From NCBI GenBank assembly GCA_973895155.1, contig OZ316895.1, positions 1,909,659 to 1,973,658 of the forward strand: a stretch of DNA of 64,000 nt. The letters are read 5' to 3'. Below the pieces are notes generated by a model that was not told the DNA's origin, did no database searches, and saw only the letters and a program-made list of their open reading frames with translations. Each line of letters begins with the position of its first letter. The stretch's first letter is position 1. Source of the DNA: Marsupella aquatica. Taxonomy: Eukaryota > Plantae > Marchantiophyta. Positions 36,881-47,996 of this stretch are shown one piece after another. The translations under genes and the position numbers were made by a program.

Positions 36881-37654
36881 ACACGATTTCGGACCGAACG
36901 AGAACTATTTCCTCTAAACGAGAAGTTTATTTTCATTTTCCGCCGAATCTCACGAAATCGGCAGTTTTTTTCATCAAAAACACGTTTTTGGGGAAATAAT
37001 GTAATTCGTATTGGAGTTCGGATTGAAACAGCAAATTTAATAATGATCAAAACCAATGAAATTCATGCTAACAAACATTCGTATTATCAAGGAACAATTA
37101 GATCCGAAAAAATTTCTCCTCAACCTCATATTCACGCTCTCCGAAGATATCTGAAAGGTCTTATCTATAAATCCATATCCACATTTCGAGCCAAGTGCGA
37201 TAACTGTATCAGACTCCGGATTTGAGCCATGAAAGCTCCGACCCAATCTCAGTTTTCTCAGTTTTTGGATATTTACCAAAAATATTTTACATCACAGTCG
37301 ATAAGAATTACTACACGGTTCGTCAAATTTACCTTGCAGTTACCTCCGCAATTGACCCTCCGCAAGTGACCATAGTCAACATGCCATTCTTTCAATAGCA
37401 ATGCGCAGTCCGATAAAATTATCGCGAAAACTACGGGCAAAAAAAATACTAGTCGACAATACTAAGATCCTTCGGTTCATCGGTTAAATTTCAAAATTCC
37501 TATCCATATGAAGAGAACTCTTCGCAATACCAACATCAGATAAATTTATCGCTTCAATTTCAAAACTATATAATTTACCACGATGCATGTGTGAGAATGA
37601 AATTGGAAATCCAAGAAATATACCCTTTTCTGCTATTTTGTCGTTTAGGGTGAC

Positions 37655-37705
37655 AGCCAATCAAAAGTGGACACGTGGGCCAACCCCTCAACAGACACTA
37701 TAAAA
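37655..37705 (+). promoter_or_regulatory. Candidate Pol II promoter of transposase A (CCAAT, G-box CACGTG, TATAAAA)
   Basis: ccaat at about 37658, cacgtg at 37672-37677 and tataaaa at 37699-37705, about 150 bp upstream of the ATG at 37850. Confidence 0.45.
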
Positions 37706-37849
37706 GGGCCACCATCGATAAGTTTTTGGCGTCATTATCGAGAGTAGAGTTTTGGGAGTTGTGTTTTTGGAGCAACATTCTGTCCGTTGAGCCTTTCGTT
37801 TTCCCTGATTGCGGGAGGAATGCAAAGCCCCATAGTGTCTCGGATAGCC

Positions 37850-40800
37850 ATGTCTCAATCAGACACAGATTCACCTTCCAGTTTAGTTGAATCCTCTCCT
37901 AATCTTGTCGCTCGCTGTTTGCCAAGTCACATACTTAAAGCTCTACCTCTCTCACAGCAAATAGTGCCCGAAATCTCTGACTCAGATTCTGATGCAAGTT
38001 CTGGTCCTGAGCCCAGTGCTTACTATGTGTCGCCTAGTAAACCTGAGAAGCGTCGTCTCTTGAGCGTTCCATCGCCAAGAAATGAGAAACTTTCAATCCC
38101 AGGTTTAGGTCCGAGACGTCGCTTCAGGCCATCCATCCCGGGTTATGGAGAGGGTATCGGATGACCGATACGCGTATCGCAGTCGGCATTCAAGTCGCCA
38201 CATTCAACACAAGTTCAACGACGGATCTTTCAGTCTTTGGGTGAGGATCGGGACACATAAATACAAAGACCGATACGGCGATCGGTCTTTGCATTGCCTG
38301 GACTTGATGTGCGAGCAAGCGAGAGAATCGGACTGCAAAGTCCAGACTCGGCCCTTTCTCGAATGGTCCGTGGGAATCGTGGTGAACAAGTACTCAATTT
38401 TCCAGCAGCTCGCGAAGTCGTTGGGACTGCACGTGCGAATCCAGAATCTCCAAGTTCTCAAGGGCGGACTGTCATTGGTTCCAGGCTCCAAGTATCGAGG
38501 AGAGGTCTTAGTGGCGTTCGGGTTATGTATAGAGAGCCACGGAGTCCAATTGTGTTTTCAAATGAGTTGAGTGCATCAGAGGACGAAGATGAGGAAGGAG
38601 ATAGAGAATCCGATATAATAGCACAAGTTGTGTCTGAATGTTTAGGAAGAGCTGTCGAAGAGAATAGTTATAGTCGTCTATTCAGTGCCCCTCTAAATGC
38701 GTCAAGGAGATCTATAGCGGATGGTAGCTCAGCAGAGAGTGATGCATCTATTCGCGAGGCATCTGAAGGACCCGAAAATGCCAATGTTATGAACGGATTT
38801 CAGGCTGTAGAGAAGTCAAATGAACCTAGTAAAAAAGATAGGGACCGAATTACTAGGAAAGACAATGTGATAAATGACAAATTGAATAGAAACAAAATGA
38901 GAGAAATTCATAAGTATTCGTGTTGTGATAATTACTGTCTGAGGAATTTGGGTCTGCTAGCTGTGACGAAACAACGCACTTAATACTATGGGCTATCCTA
39001 CCCAGAGAAGAACGTCCTTCTAAGAGGATGTGTGAAGGGTGGGCATGCTGGTGCAAGTGGTTACTCAGTTAGCGGTAGATCCTTTTGTCGGAGTGGTTTT
39101 AAGAAATTATTTTTACTAGGAAATAATCGTCTCCAAAAAATCTCGCAGAACATGTTTTCTCGGATACAGATCGGTACAGTTTATCGAGAAAAATCACCCG
39201 CACATCTTGGTCTCGTCCAATGGCTGGATGATTTTTTTTCCACAAATGTCGAGAGTCTCCCCAACAAGGATATCTTTCATTTACCTGACAATTGGACAAA
39301 AACATAAGTTTTTGATGCCTTCCAGTCCGAAACTCTAATGCGCCAAGAACAAGGCATGACATATTCGTGGTTTGTTTGCATTTGGAACAAGGAGTTTCCT
39401 CGCGTGCGCATCCCCAAAAGGAGTCGTTTCTCTACCTGCGCCCCGTGTACTGAATTCAAAGCACTCCGTGACAAGGCAACACTCGAAGCAGAAAAGAGTA
39501 AGTTTCTAAACCTGTGTGTTACTCCCGATAATTTTATCGGGTTGAGTATTCATGTGCTTCTTCTTTGGCCATGTGAGTGAATATATCGTTTGAACAGTTT
39601 GAATACTGAACCTGATAAATTTATCGCTGTCACAGTTTTTCATTACGGTCTTGTGTTTGAATACTGAACCCAATAAATTTATCATTGTAAGGGTTTATCA
39701 TTACGGTCTCGTGTTTGAATACTGAACCCGATAAATTTATCGCTGTCAGGGTTCAACATTGCGGTTATCATGTTTTGTCCTAAACATTTTTATTATTGTA
39801 GGAAAATTCTAAACATTGCTAAATGAGCATCGGAAGGCACAAGCAGTCGAGAGGGAGAAGTTAGCAAAGCACCGGAGCAAATGTTACAAGAGTCTGGAGA
39901 AATATTTGGGCATCTGTATTGATGGAATGGATCAAAAGAAGACAGAGTTACCTCATTTCATTCGGTGTCCGAAGAATATGGATGAAAAGTATTTCATCCC
40001 CGTACACATAGTGGGTTGTTTGATCTTCAACAAACAATTAAGTTCAAATGTTTTTTTGAACTATCCAAATATTCACAATGATAGCAACCTGACCATCCAC
40101 GTTATCCAGCATATTCTGAATACCTGGGAAGGTCTGCTCCCTTCAGTGCTTTACCTCCAGCTTGATAACACAGCTCGGGAAAACAAGAATAAATATCTTA
40201 TGGCATATTTGAATATGTTGGTGGAGATAGGTGTTTTCCAGAAAATGAAGGTTGGTTTTCTATTGGTGGGGCACACCCATGATCAAATTGATCAAATGTT
40301 TAGCAAGTTTTCTTCAAAATTGAACAAGCGAAAAGCTTTCCGGTTGGACACTCTTTCAGCAATCATAGAGGAATCCTACAATCCTATGGCAAAGATATTT
40401 TTCGTCGACGAGGTTGCCGATTTCAAGAAATTTGTGTCAGACAAGGATCAAGCAAATGACAAGGATATGGATGGTTAGGTTCTACGTACTCTCCATGGCA
40501 TAAGTGCTCAAAAACAATTTTGGATTACTAGAGTACTCAAAGATGGAAGTGCTCGGTCCGTATTCCATGCCAAACATCTTTCAACGACAACCGATTGGGG
40601 GGAGACGGTGGATTTTGTTCGGTACATTCCATCATCTGGAATGTGGGTCGCACCACAAATGGCATTGAAGTCGGCCACGGGAGCGACAGGAGACAATGAA
40701 GAGCAAGAGAATGATGTTGAGGAACAAGATGAGCGGGCGGCTCAAAGTTATTTGTCAACTCTTCAAAAATATCGAAGAGCAATTGAAGATGGATTCAATT

Positions 40801-41405
40801 ACTTTGACGACGAAGATCGTCTATGGTGGGGTCGTTTTTTTTACAAACAAAAAGAAGTGATTCAGCACCACCTAAAACCTGCACAATGGAGTTTTGATTG
40901 GAGTTGGCCTAAGGTAAACGTACAGAGAGAACTTCCGAGTAATCCTACGGAAGCAGCAATGGAACCTAGCTTGGTTGATAAAGTAGCGGGTGTGAGGACA
41001 GTCATGTATTCCGGAAGTCGAAGAAAAGTCACAGAAATTGGAGACTTCAAGGATCTAGAGGTGAATACTAAATTTGCAATGATATGTGTAGCAGCCCATC
41101 AGGATCCCAAGGGAAGACCATTCTGGATGGCAAAAGTGACTGAGATTCTCACAAGAATTAACGACATCTCGGAGCGGATTAAAATCACTTGGTATGCAAT
41201 GGATTCGGAGGAAGAGTCTGCAATTGAAGGCAGATATTATCCGGAGAAAGAGGCTTCGTCTAGCAAAGTACTGGAGGATGAATTGTCCCTAGCAGAAACT
41301 GTCGTTTATGCGTATAACTTTGCATTATTGGCAAATAGTACTCTCCCTATACAAACAAGATGAATCATTCAAAATGCAATGGAGACTGTAGTCGTTGATA
41401 GTTGA
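37850..41405 (+). pseudogene. Transposase A, DUF7869/Sola-like DDD type, with a spliceosomal intron at 39498-39801 and several stops and frameshifts
   Basis: CCDNYC; FCRSGF; HLPD; STCAPCTEFK; ICIDGMDQKK; LYLQLDNTARENKN; GFLLVGHTHDQIDQMFS; C-terminal PFWMAKV...ITWY domain. The GT-AG intron joins the ORFs in frame. Confidence 0.85.
39520..39770. repeat. ~59-bp intronic repeats with the 14-bp palindrome CGATAAATTTATCG
   Basis: tttgaatactgaacc.gataaatttatc occurs three times. Variants lie at about 37410, 37540, 39526 and 41560. Confidence 0.85.
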
Positions 41406-41593
41406 AGCTAGTTGCAGGTTTAAGTTATAATGGTTATCGTTCCCATGAATATGTACAGTGGTTATCGTTCTGGGACTATGTACTCCGCAGCTATAATGAT
41501 ATCTTTTTTTTTTAAATAATTGCAATGACAAACCAGTTAGAGCATACAATGCTAAGTCCGATAAGATTATCGACAACTCCATTCCCCCCCAAG

Positions 41594-43752
41594 ATGGAAT
41601 TAGATGGGTTTGCTAAGGTTACTGAAGTTACTATGTACACCATTTGGAAAAACTCATTTGATAATTTTGACTTTCACAAGGGAAGTGCATTTGCCAAGTG
41701 CACATTTTGCACTGAGTTCAAAGATCAATTGATGCGGGAGAAGAGAAAAAAAGAGCGTGCAGAGATTGAAGAGAAAAGAGCGTGACATCTTTGTGAACAA
41801 ATGTCAAGAAGATATGTTTACTATGCTCATAGGGTTCTTGCAAAGAAGGATCCTCAAAACTATCTTTGCATTATTCACGATAAGATGGATCAAGCCAAGA
41901 CTTGGATCCCCAGGTTGGTCCCCACTCCAAAATCCCTCTCTGGTAGTGGTCAGCCTTTGCCTATTGCTCTTACTGGGATGTTAACCCATGGAAGAGATCC
42001 TGGAGTGTATGCACATTTCAGTTTGACTGGACTTTGGCCTGGAGATGCAGACTTTACCGTGACATCTTTGGCCAAATGCCTCCGAGATTTGGAAGATTAC
42101 ACAGGAGACAAAACTGGAGACCTTCTTGAGGGATTGAATTGGAATGCAACTAGGCCAATATTTCAGTCCCTTCTAGACTTTGAAGCATTTCTGGCCGGTT
42201 ACTTGGAACCCAAAAATGTTTCAATTGTTCAATTTCAAGGCATTGAAGATGGTCAGGAGACTAAAAAGTTAAGCACAGTGGATGTTGGTTCTAAGGATGA
42301 TCCTGAGACTACTAGGGGCTCTTTCAAGCCCTTACCAAGGCACCTAACGTTGCAGATGGACAATTCAGGGAAAGATAACAAAAATCAATATGTGATGGCA
42401 TTTTGCACTGAGCTTGTTAGCAGGGGGTGTTTGAAACTGTGCAAATGTCATTCCTCATGGTTGGCCACACCCATGAAGACGTGGATGCATTATTTTCTCA
42501 AGTATCCAAACAGGTCAGATACAAAAAGGTTGCTACCCTCTTGGGGTTGATGGCTGAGATTTGGGAGTGTGAAAGCATTCATCCTGTACCATGATTGATT
42601 CAAGAGGTTGCATCTTACAAGGAGTATTTGAAAACTTTCCAGGTGAAAGAGATAGAAGGTCACTCAAAACCAGTGGCATTTCTTTTCTCCATGAGGGATA
42701 ATGTGCCAATGTATCAATATAAAGCACATGTCAAGCAACCTTGGCTTCTGGCAATGGGGAGGTCCATTTGGAGAACTAATCCCATCACAAATGCGCTCAT
42801 TTTACCGGAAGGCCAACCATTTGCAAAACCTATATCTGGGGATGTACAAAAGAAGGCTGGAGAAATCATCCCATTCCTTAATCGCTATATTGATTTCTTG
42901 AAGAAAAGTTGTAAGGATGAGACCTCTACAGCATATAAAGAGAGATTTCCTCTGGTCAAATATTGGGAGAATCTTGTGCAAGCACCGTCCGAGGAACTTA
43001 CAATAGAAGGGGAGGGGGAAAGACAATTGCCATTGACAACTGATTTTTGGCCAAAGGCTAACCATGGCACAGGTTACAAGATGATTTTGGGGACATCTCA
43101 GCCGTCAAGTGAACCTTCTCAAAATCCAGAGATGATGGACCTTCAAAATGAGTACATGGAAGAGATGGAAGATCAAGCTGCACCCTTTGTTGGTGCACGA
43201 CAAGAGCGAGAACCCGCACGTTGGATTCCTCTACAAGATATTCAAGAAGGTCACTTTGTATTTTTACGTCCAGAGGATGAATGGGAACAGGAAAATGGCA
43301 AAGGGCGTTTCTGGTTGGTTCGAGCTTTGGGTGGTGTGGATCCAAACCGTGAGGTTCCCTCAACAGATTTGCAACATATTGAAGGGTCTTCTTCAACGTC
43401 TGTTGAAAGCATTCCTCTTAGGAATGCTCCTATGTTCCAAGTACAATGGTGGAGGCCTAAACATGGTAAGCATGATGCAAAGGATGATGTTCAATATGAA
43501 CGTTGCTTTCAAACCACTAAGACTTGGGAGCTGGATCCTGGGTTTGACAATGTTACTCAAAGTTGGCAGTTTGCAAATTCTGCAATGTATGGGTTTAAGT
43601 CAGGTGCTAAAGAACAAAATATTATGGATAGAGGTTTGAAAATTCCTAAGAATGTTTTGAAAACTCTCAAAATTTACATGGAAGGTATAATTGATGAGCA
43701 GATTGATAGAACTCGTAGGTTACAAGTCTCCACTCAAATGACTTGTGATTAA
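41594..43752 (+). pseudogene. Transposase B catalytic and C-terminal part, DUF7869/Sola-like, disrupted
   Basis: FAKCTFCTEFK; IIHDKMDQAK; LTLQMDNSGKDNKNQYV; frameshifted FLMVGHTHEDVDALFS; C-terminal RFWLVRA...VQWWRP domain. Confidence 0.85.
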
Positions 43753-44504
43753 GAGGGTCGAGTTGATTTCCATGCGTTTGTCTAAAGTGAGAGAACAAGA
43801 CAATCAAATTAATACTCTATGATCTCTCAAAGTTATTGAATGGACTTTCTTATAATTATTATTTTATTTGTCTTAGTATATTTTAATTCTAGAAAATGAT
43901 GTCATTTCATTCCTTCTAGTAGGTTGGATATCATCCTAGTTAACTTTGTCTAGACAGTATAGTCATTCCATTGTATTGGTGCTTAGTTAGATATCTTACT
44001 CAAGCTAAATGTTTTGAATATAGATGCTATCCAAGCTTATATGTTATTACTAGATTCTATCTATTTTCCAACCAAATGAACACTTTTATCACCCAAATGT
44101 TTTCTAATATCATCCAATTTAATATTTTACTTTCCCAAAATTTCATTTTTTTGTCCCCAAATTTACATTTAATGATGCTTGAATTTTCATTTTTCATCTT
44201 CCAAATTTACAATTTTCATGCCTAAAACTATGTTTTTAAATCGCCAAATTTCCCTATATCCTTTATAATTTCAGTTTTAATGAATATAGTGATGTATACC
44301 AATAATATGATGCCGCATGTTGCTACCTATTGATTTACCCTTCCGCAAAAGTAAGAAGGATGTCATTTCAAGGGATCTTGCAAAATTACAAAGTGGTTTC
44401 GGTATATATACGGAGGTTGCGGAATTGTAAGCGAATTATAAAAATTACCGCCGAAGGGATAAAAATGACCCTTGAACGGTTCTCACATCCTCCCCGTATC
44501 AGAA

Positions 44505-44522
44505 AGGAGTGGGGGCCCAGGG
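44505..44522 (-). repeat. Right TIR of the giant transposon
   Basis: aggagtgggggcccaggg directly before the TSD tacaaaac. Confidence 0.85.
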
Positions 44523-46895
44523 TACAAAACGTAAAAATTAGTGAATCAGATGACAATGTCAATATTCAAACACAAACTAAGCCAATATTTCTAGCAAAAT
44601 GATGATCTTCAAGTACAAAAAATGAAAACATATAGTCAAAAGTTGAGTGCAATGCCCTGGGCGCACTATTTAAATAAAGTGCCCCATGGCCCACTATTCA
44701 AATACAATGCTAAGGCCTTGTTTTTTGGGGAAAGGTAGTACTTTTGTTAGTAAGAGTCATGATTGTTAGTCTTGCATGGTTGATGTTCTGCCAAATGCTT
44801 CTTTGTGGAATCATGTTTTATGTGTTAGGCATTTAGTACTCTTTGGTCTAGAGTTATGACTGTTACCATAGTTAGGGCTAACCTTAGTTGCAAATTTGGT
44901 TATGTAAGCCCTATTGCATACTACATCTCAAGCGGGTGTTTGTTTGGATCGGAATAACTCAGGTTCATTGTTACGGAGCCAATTGAGAGATAGGGAGATC
45001 TTATATTATGGAGACTTGGTATGGCCAATGGGCATAGAGTGTAGTAAAGCTTGTGTGTTTTCATGGAAACAGTCTAAGTGAACCATGTATTTGTTTGTAT
45101 CGATTACTTGTGTTTTGGATGATCATGGGCTTGCCATAGTGACTGTAGTCTTTGCTCAACAAAATATTCCTAAATTTAAGGATGATGGTTATATTCTGGC
45201 TAATGGGACTTGTGATTTGGTGGGAACTAGCTAATGAAACATAAAAATAACAAATCTTGGCCAAAAGTGGCAAACTATTTTTTGGGGAGGTGTAATTTGG
45301 AGAGTTTTCACCACTGTCATACACAAAATAATTTACTGGAAAAAGGGGTTGTAATAGTGGAGTTGTCCATGAACAGTCAACCTGTTATTAATGGAAAGAA
45401 TCCAGAACTGCGGTGACGCTGAAGTGCAGTGAGAATCTGCTGTCGTAAGTTAGCAGACTACCCTCCAATAAGCTTTGAATATTATTGCGGAATCGAGATT
45501 CTGTGGCTCTCCACTGCTCAGTGCTCACCACCTACCTCAAGGCTGGTGAGAGCATGAGAGGAGCGAATCAGGAAATGCACGATTGATGCAATGTTTCCCT
45601 TCACATGATGACAGAACGAGATTCAGGCGGGCGCTCGAGGTTTGAGCCTTTCTTTCTTGGTCTCGTTCATCATTCTTTGCCGCTCTACTCATGGGACCGG
45701 GAGGCGAGCCTTTTCGATTCCAGGGGCACTGATCGTTTAATCATTCGGCTTTCTCTCGGTTGTTCAGTGTCAACCTGAGGACCTCTCATTCCCGGATTCT
45801 CTACTAATAATAAATCCTTGTTGTGCTCTGAAGCAGTGTTATAGGTGGTCGGTGGGCTTGTGCTACGGTGCCGTCCCTTTTTGTGTCCCTCCCCAGTCCA
45901 CCACTTAACTTCTTCAGGATGACGGCCACGAATGCTCGGATTGAGAGGCATGCGCTTGGAGCAGGGTCAAATAATGAAGCGTGAAGGAGTGCTGCTGACA
46001 AATTCTGCTTGACCTGGAATCGCGGTAGCCGGCAGAGCGTAGGGTAGGGGCTGCTAACGATTCCTTTCCTTTCCCTTGTGGGTCTCAAGGCAGGCAGGAC
46101 TGTACTCTGTCCCCGTGCATGCAGCAAGAATCAATGGCTTAGATGGAGGCAAGGGATTGGAGACCCAAAAACCTCCAATTTTGGCGAATGGACATCCCAC
46201 AATGGATTGGCGATGAAATTCATTCGGTGTTGCATTCTTCCCCCGCGACACAAGCCACTTGCAGTGGCCGGGAGAGCAGGGGAGAGCGCGCAAGCAAGAG
46301 CTGAGTGTGCCCCTCGCACTGTCGTTGAAGCAATGGCCGCAACATGTGCAGTGCTAGGCAGATGCCAAGGTTTGATCTAGTTGACGAAGATTCTACTGGG
46401 CATGAAAAATTGAAGGTCCTTTCCAGTCCTTTTAGTGTTAGGTTTCCCAAGCAATTGGTTCTTGTGTTTCATTGAATGAGAAGATGTTTCATTAGGACTT
46501 TCTTACCTTCTTGCATTGCTTCGGCAACACAGCTCGCGCCAGATTCCAGAACTATGGAGTTTTCATTGTAATTTGGGAAAGTTGTAGCTCGTGGAGCCTT
46601 CTTTAAACTAATTCTACGTGCGTTCAAAACCATTAGCTCGTGGAGGTATATCGTCACAGCGTCGATCCAGCACGACTGAAACTTTGGTGACTTTTGTTGT
46701 AATTCAGGAAAGATGTATCTCGTGGAGTCGAATCGTATTGCACTGAGTTTCCTCTGCGAAACAGGATCTCGTTGAAGCTGCTTTCTGCTCCAGGAGTCGA
46801 TTGAGATGTAAAGTGTCCCTGACGATTCCTTAAGCAGGAGTTGGGACCAGAGGGGTCGGGAGTATTTTACCTCCAATTGCATTTGGGATTCCAGG

Positions 46896-47996
46896 ATGGT
46901 GATCTCGTTCGAGATGAAGCTCTTTTGCAACTCCTTGGCTTTGATGGTCCTGTTCATTGTTATCAACCGAGCGGACTCAACTGACGTCTCTTTATTGTCT
47001 GAGGGCAAAGACGTTGCTGAGTCGAAGGTCTGCTGGAGAAATGACCCGGCCATGGATCCCTTCTATGAAGTCAGATACGGGCAGGACGTCGTGTGGCAAA
47101 TTCCCCCCAACCCGAAAGCAGTCCTCTTCTTGGCGCATGGAAAGGACAAAGAGCCACTCAGCTACTTCGATCCCGCTCCAAACTGCCCTAAATGCTCCGG
47201 ACTCCCAGAAGACCGTGGTGCTGTGTTGTCTGCTTTAGAAAGGAACTACGCGGTCATAACGCTAAAGAGCGTGACTAGTTATTGGTTACCCTGGGGTGTG
47301 GAGGTATGGCCGCCCGAACCTTCCGAGGACAGAAGAAATGTCATCAGCCTCATCAAGGAATGGACCAAAGAGCATTCGCTGGATCATTTGCCTCTCGCAG
47401 CTTTTGGCTACTCCAGTGGGGGAAACTTTTCGACTTTACTGACGTACGATATTGACTTCAAGTCTTTGATTCTCATGTGCACTCCTGGAGAGCTGTTGGC
47501 GCTGGTGCATGCCAACGCCTCATTCCCTCCCACTCTCTACCTCGCCATGCCTGTTGACGCGGATGGGTACTACCCTCAAGTTGCTTATGCTAGACAAATT
47601 CTCGAATCTAGGGGAGTGCGAACGGGGCAGATCGATATGTTGCCAAGACCCGTCCGGCCCTCCAACTTCAGTGAGAAGATCCGATGCCTCGAGCAGTCCA
47701 CCGCTGAGCAGATCTATGAAGCCTGCAAAGCTGAGAGCTGGTTAACCGATGACGATTACGTCATGAAGAACCCGCTCCTAGATGATGTCGAGCCTGTGCT
47801 CAGGAAGCACAAGGTTCTGCCTTTCTGTGAGAGTACTAATGATACCTGCTTTGCTAAGCACGTGCAGCAGGAAATTAGTGTGGCTTACGCCTTGCATTCG
47901 TTTTCAAGCCAGTTTAACAAGGAGATATTCGATTGGTTGGATCACACCGTGTTTCCTGGCTCTTCTGAACCGGGCGGGTTGTGGACTTCTCAGTGA
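46896..47996 (+). CDS. Secreted alpha/beta-hydrolase-fold protein, copy 1 (intronless)
   Basis: Hydrophobic signal-like N-terminus, AVLFLAHG, C..C.GLPE, nucleophile elbow AFGYSSGG, FPPTLYLAMP.D, and a C-terminal His (YALHSF). Confidence 0.85.
   Translation: MVISFEMKLFCNSLALMVLFIVINRADSTDVSLLSEGKDVAESKVCWRNDPAMDPFYEVRYGQDVVWQIPPNPKAVLFLAHGKDKEPLSYFDPAPNCPKCSGLPEDRGAVLSALERNYAVITLKSVTSYWLPWGVEVWPPEPSEDRRNVISLIKEWTKEHSLDHLPLAAFGYSSGGNFSTLLTYDIDFKSLILMCTPGELLALVHANASFPPTLYLAMPVDADGYYPQVAYARQILESRGVRTGQIDMLPRPVRPSNFSEKIRCLEQSTAEQIYEACKAESWLTDDDYVMKNPLLDDVEPVLRKHKVLPFCESTNDTCFAKHVQQEISVAYALHSFSSQFNKEIFDWLDHTVFPGSSEPGGLWTSQ

Larger units (their letters stand above)
26862..44522. mobile_element. Giant (17,661 bp) TIR DNA transposon with DUF7869/Sola-like transposases and cargo genes
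   Basis: TIR ccctgggccctcactctt versus reverse-complemented right end ccctgggcccccactcct (16/18 match). Perfect 8-bp TSD tacaaaac at 26854-26861 and 44523-44530. 22-bp subterminal inverted repeat at 27171-27192 and 44272-44293. Two transposase-like genes inside. Confidence 0.9.

Noticed and set aside
26862-44522. Prophage or bacterial island, suggested by the ParB and MTase domains
   Set aside because: Spliceosomal introns, Pol II promoter motifs, TIR/TSD structure and eukaryote-type domains indicate a eukaryotic DNA transposon.
44655-44670. ccctgggcgcac as a third TIR
   Set aside because: It diverges after 8 bp, is part of a local short duplication, and I found no partner end or TSD.
46469-47053. 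194-aa minus-strand ORF
   Set aside because: It overlaps the hydrolase 5' end in antisense and has no recognisable motifs.
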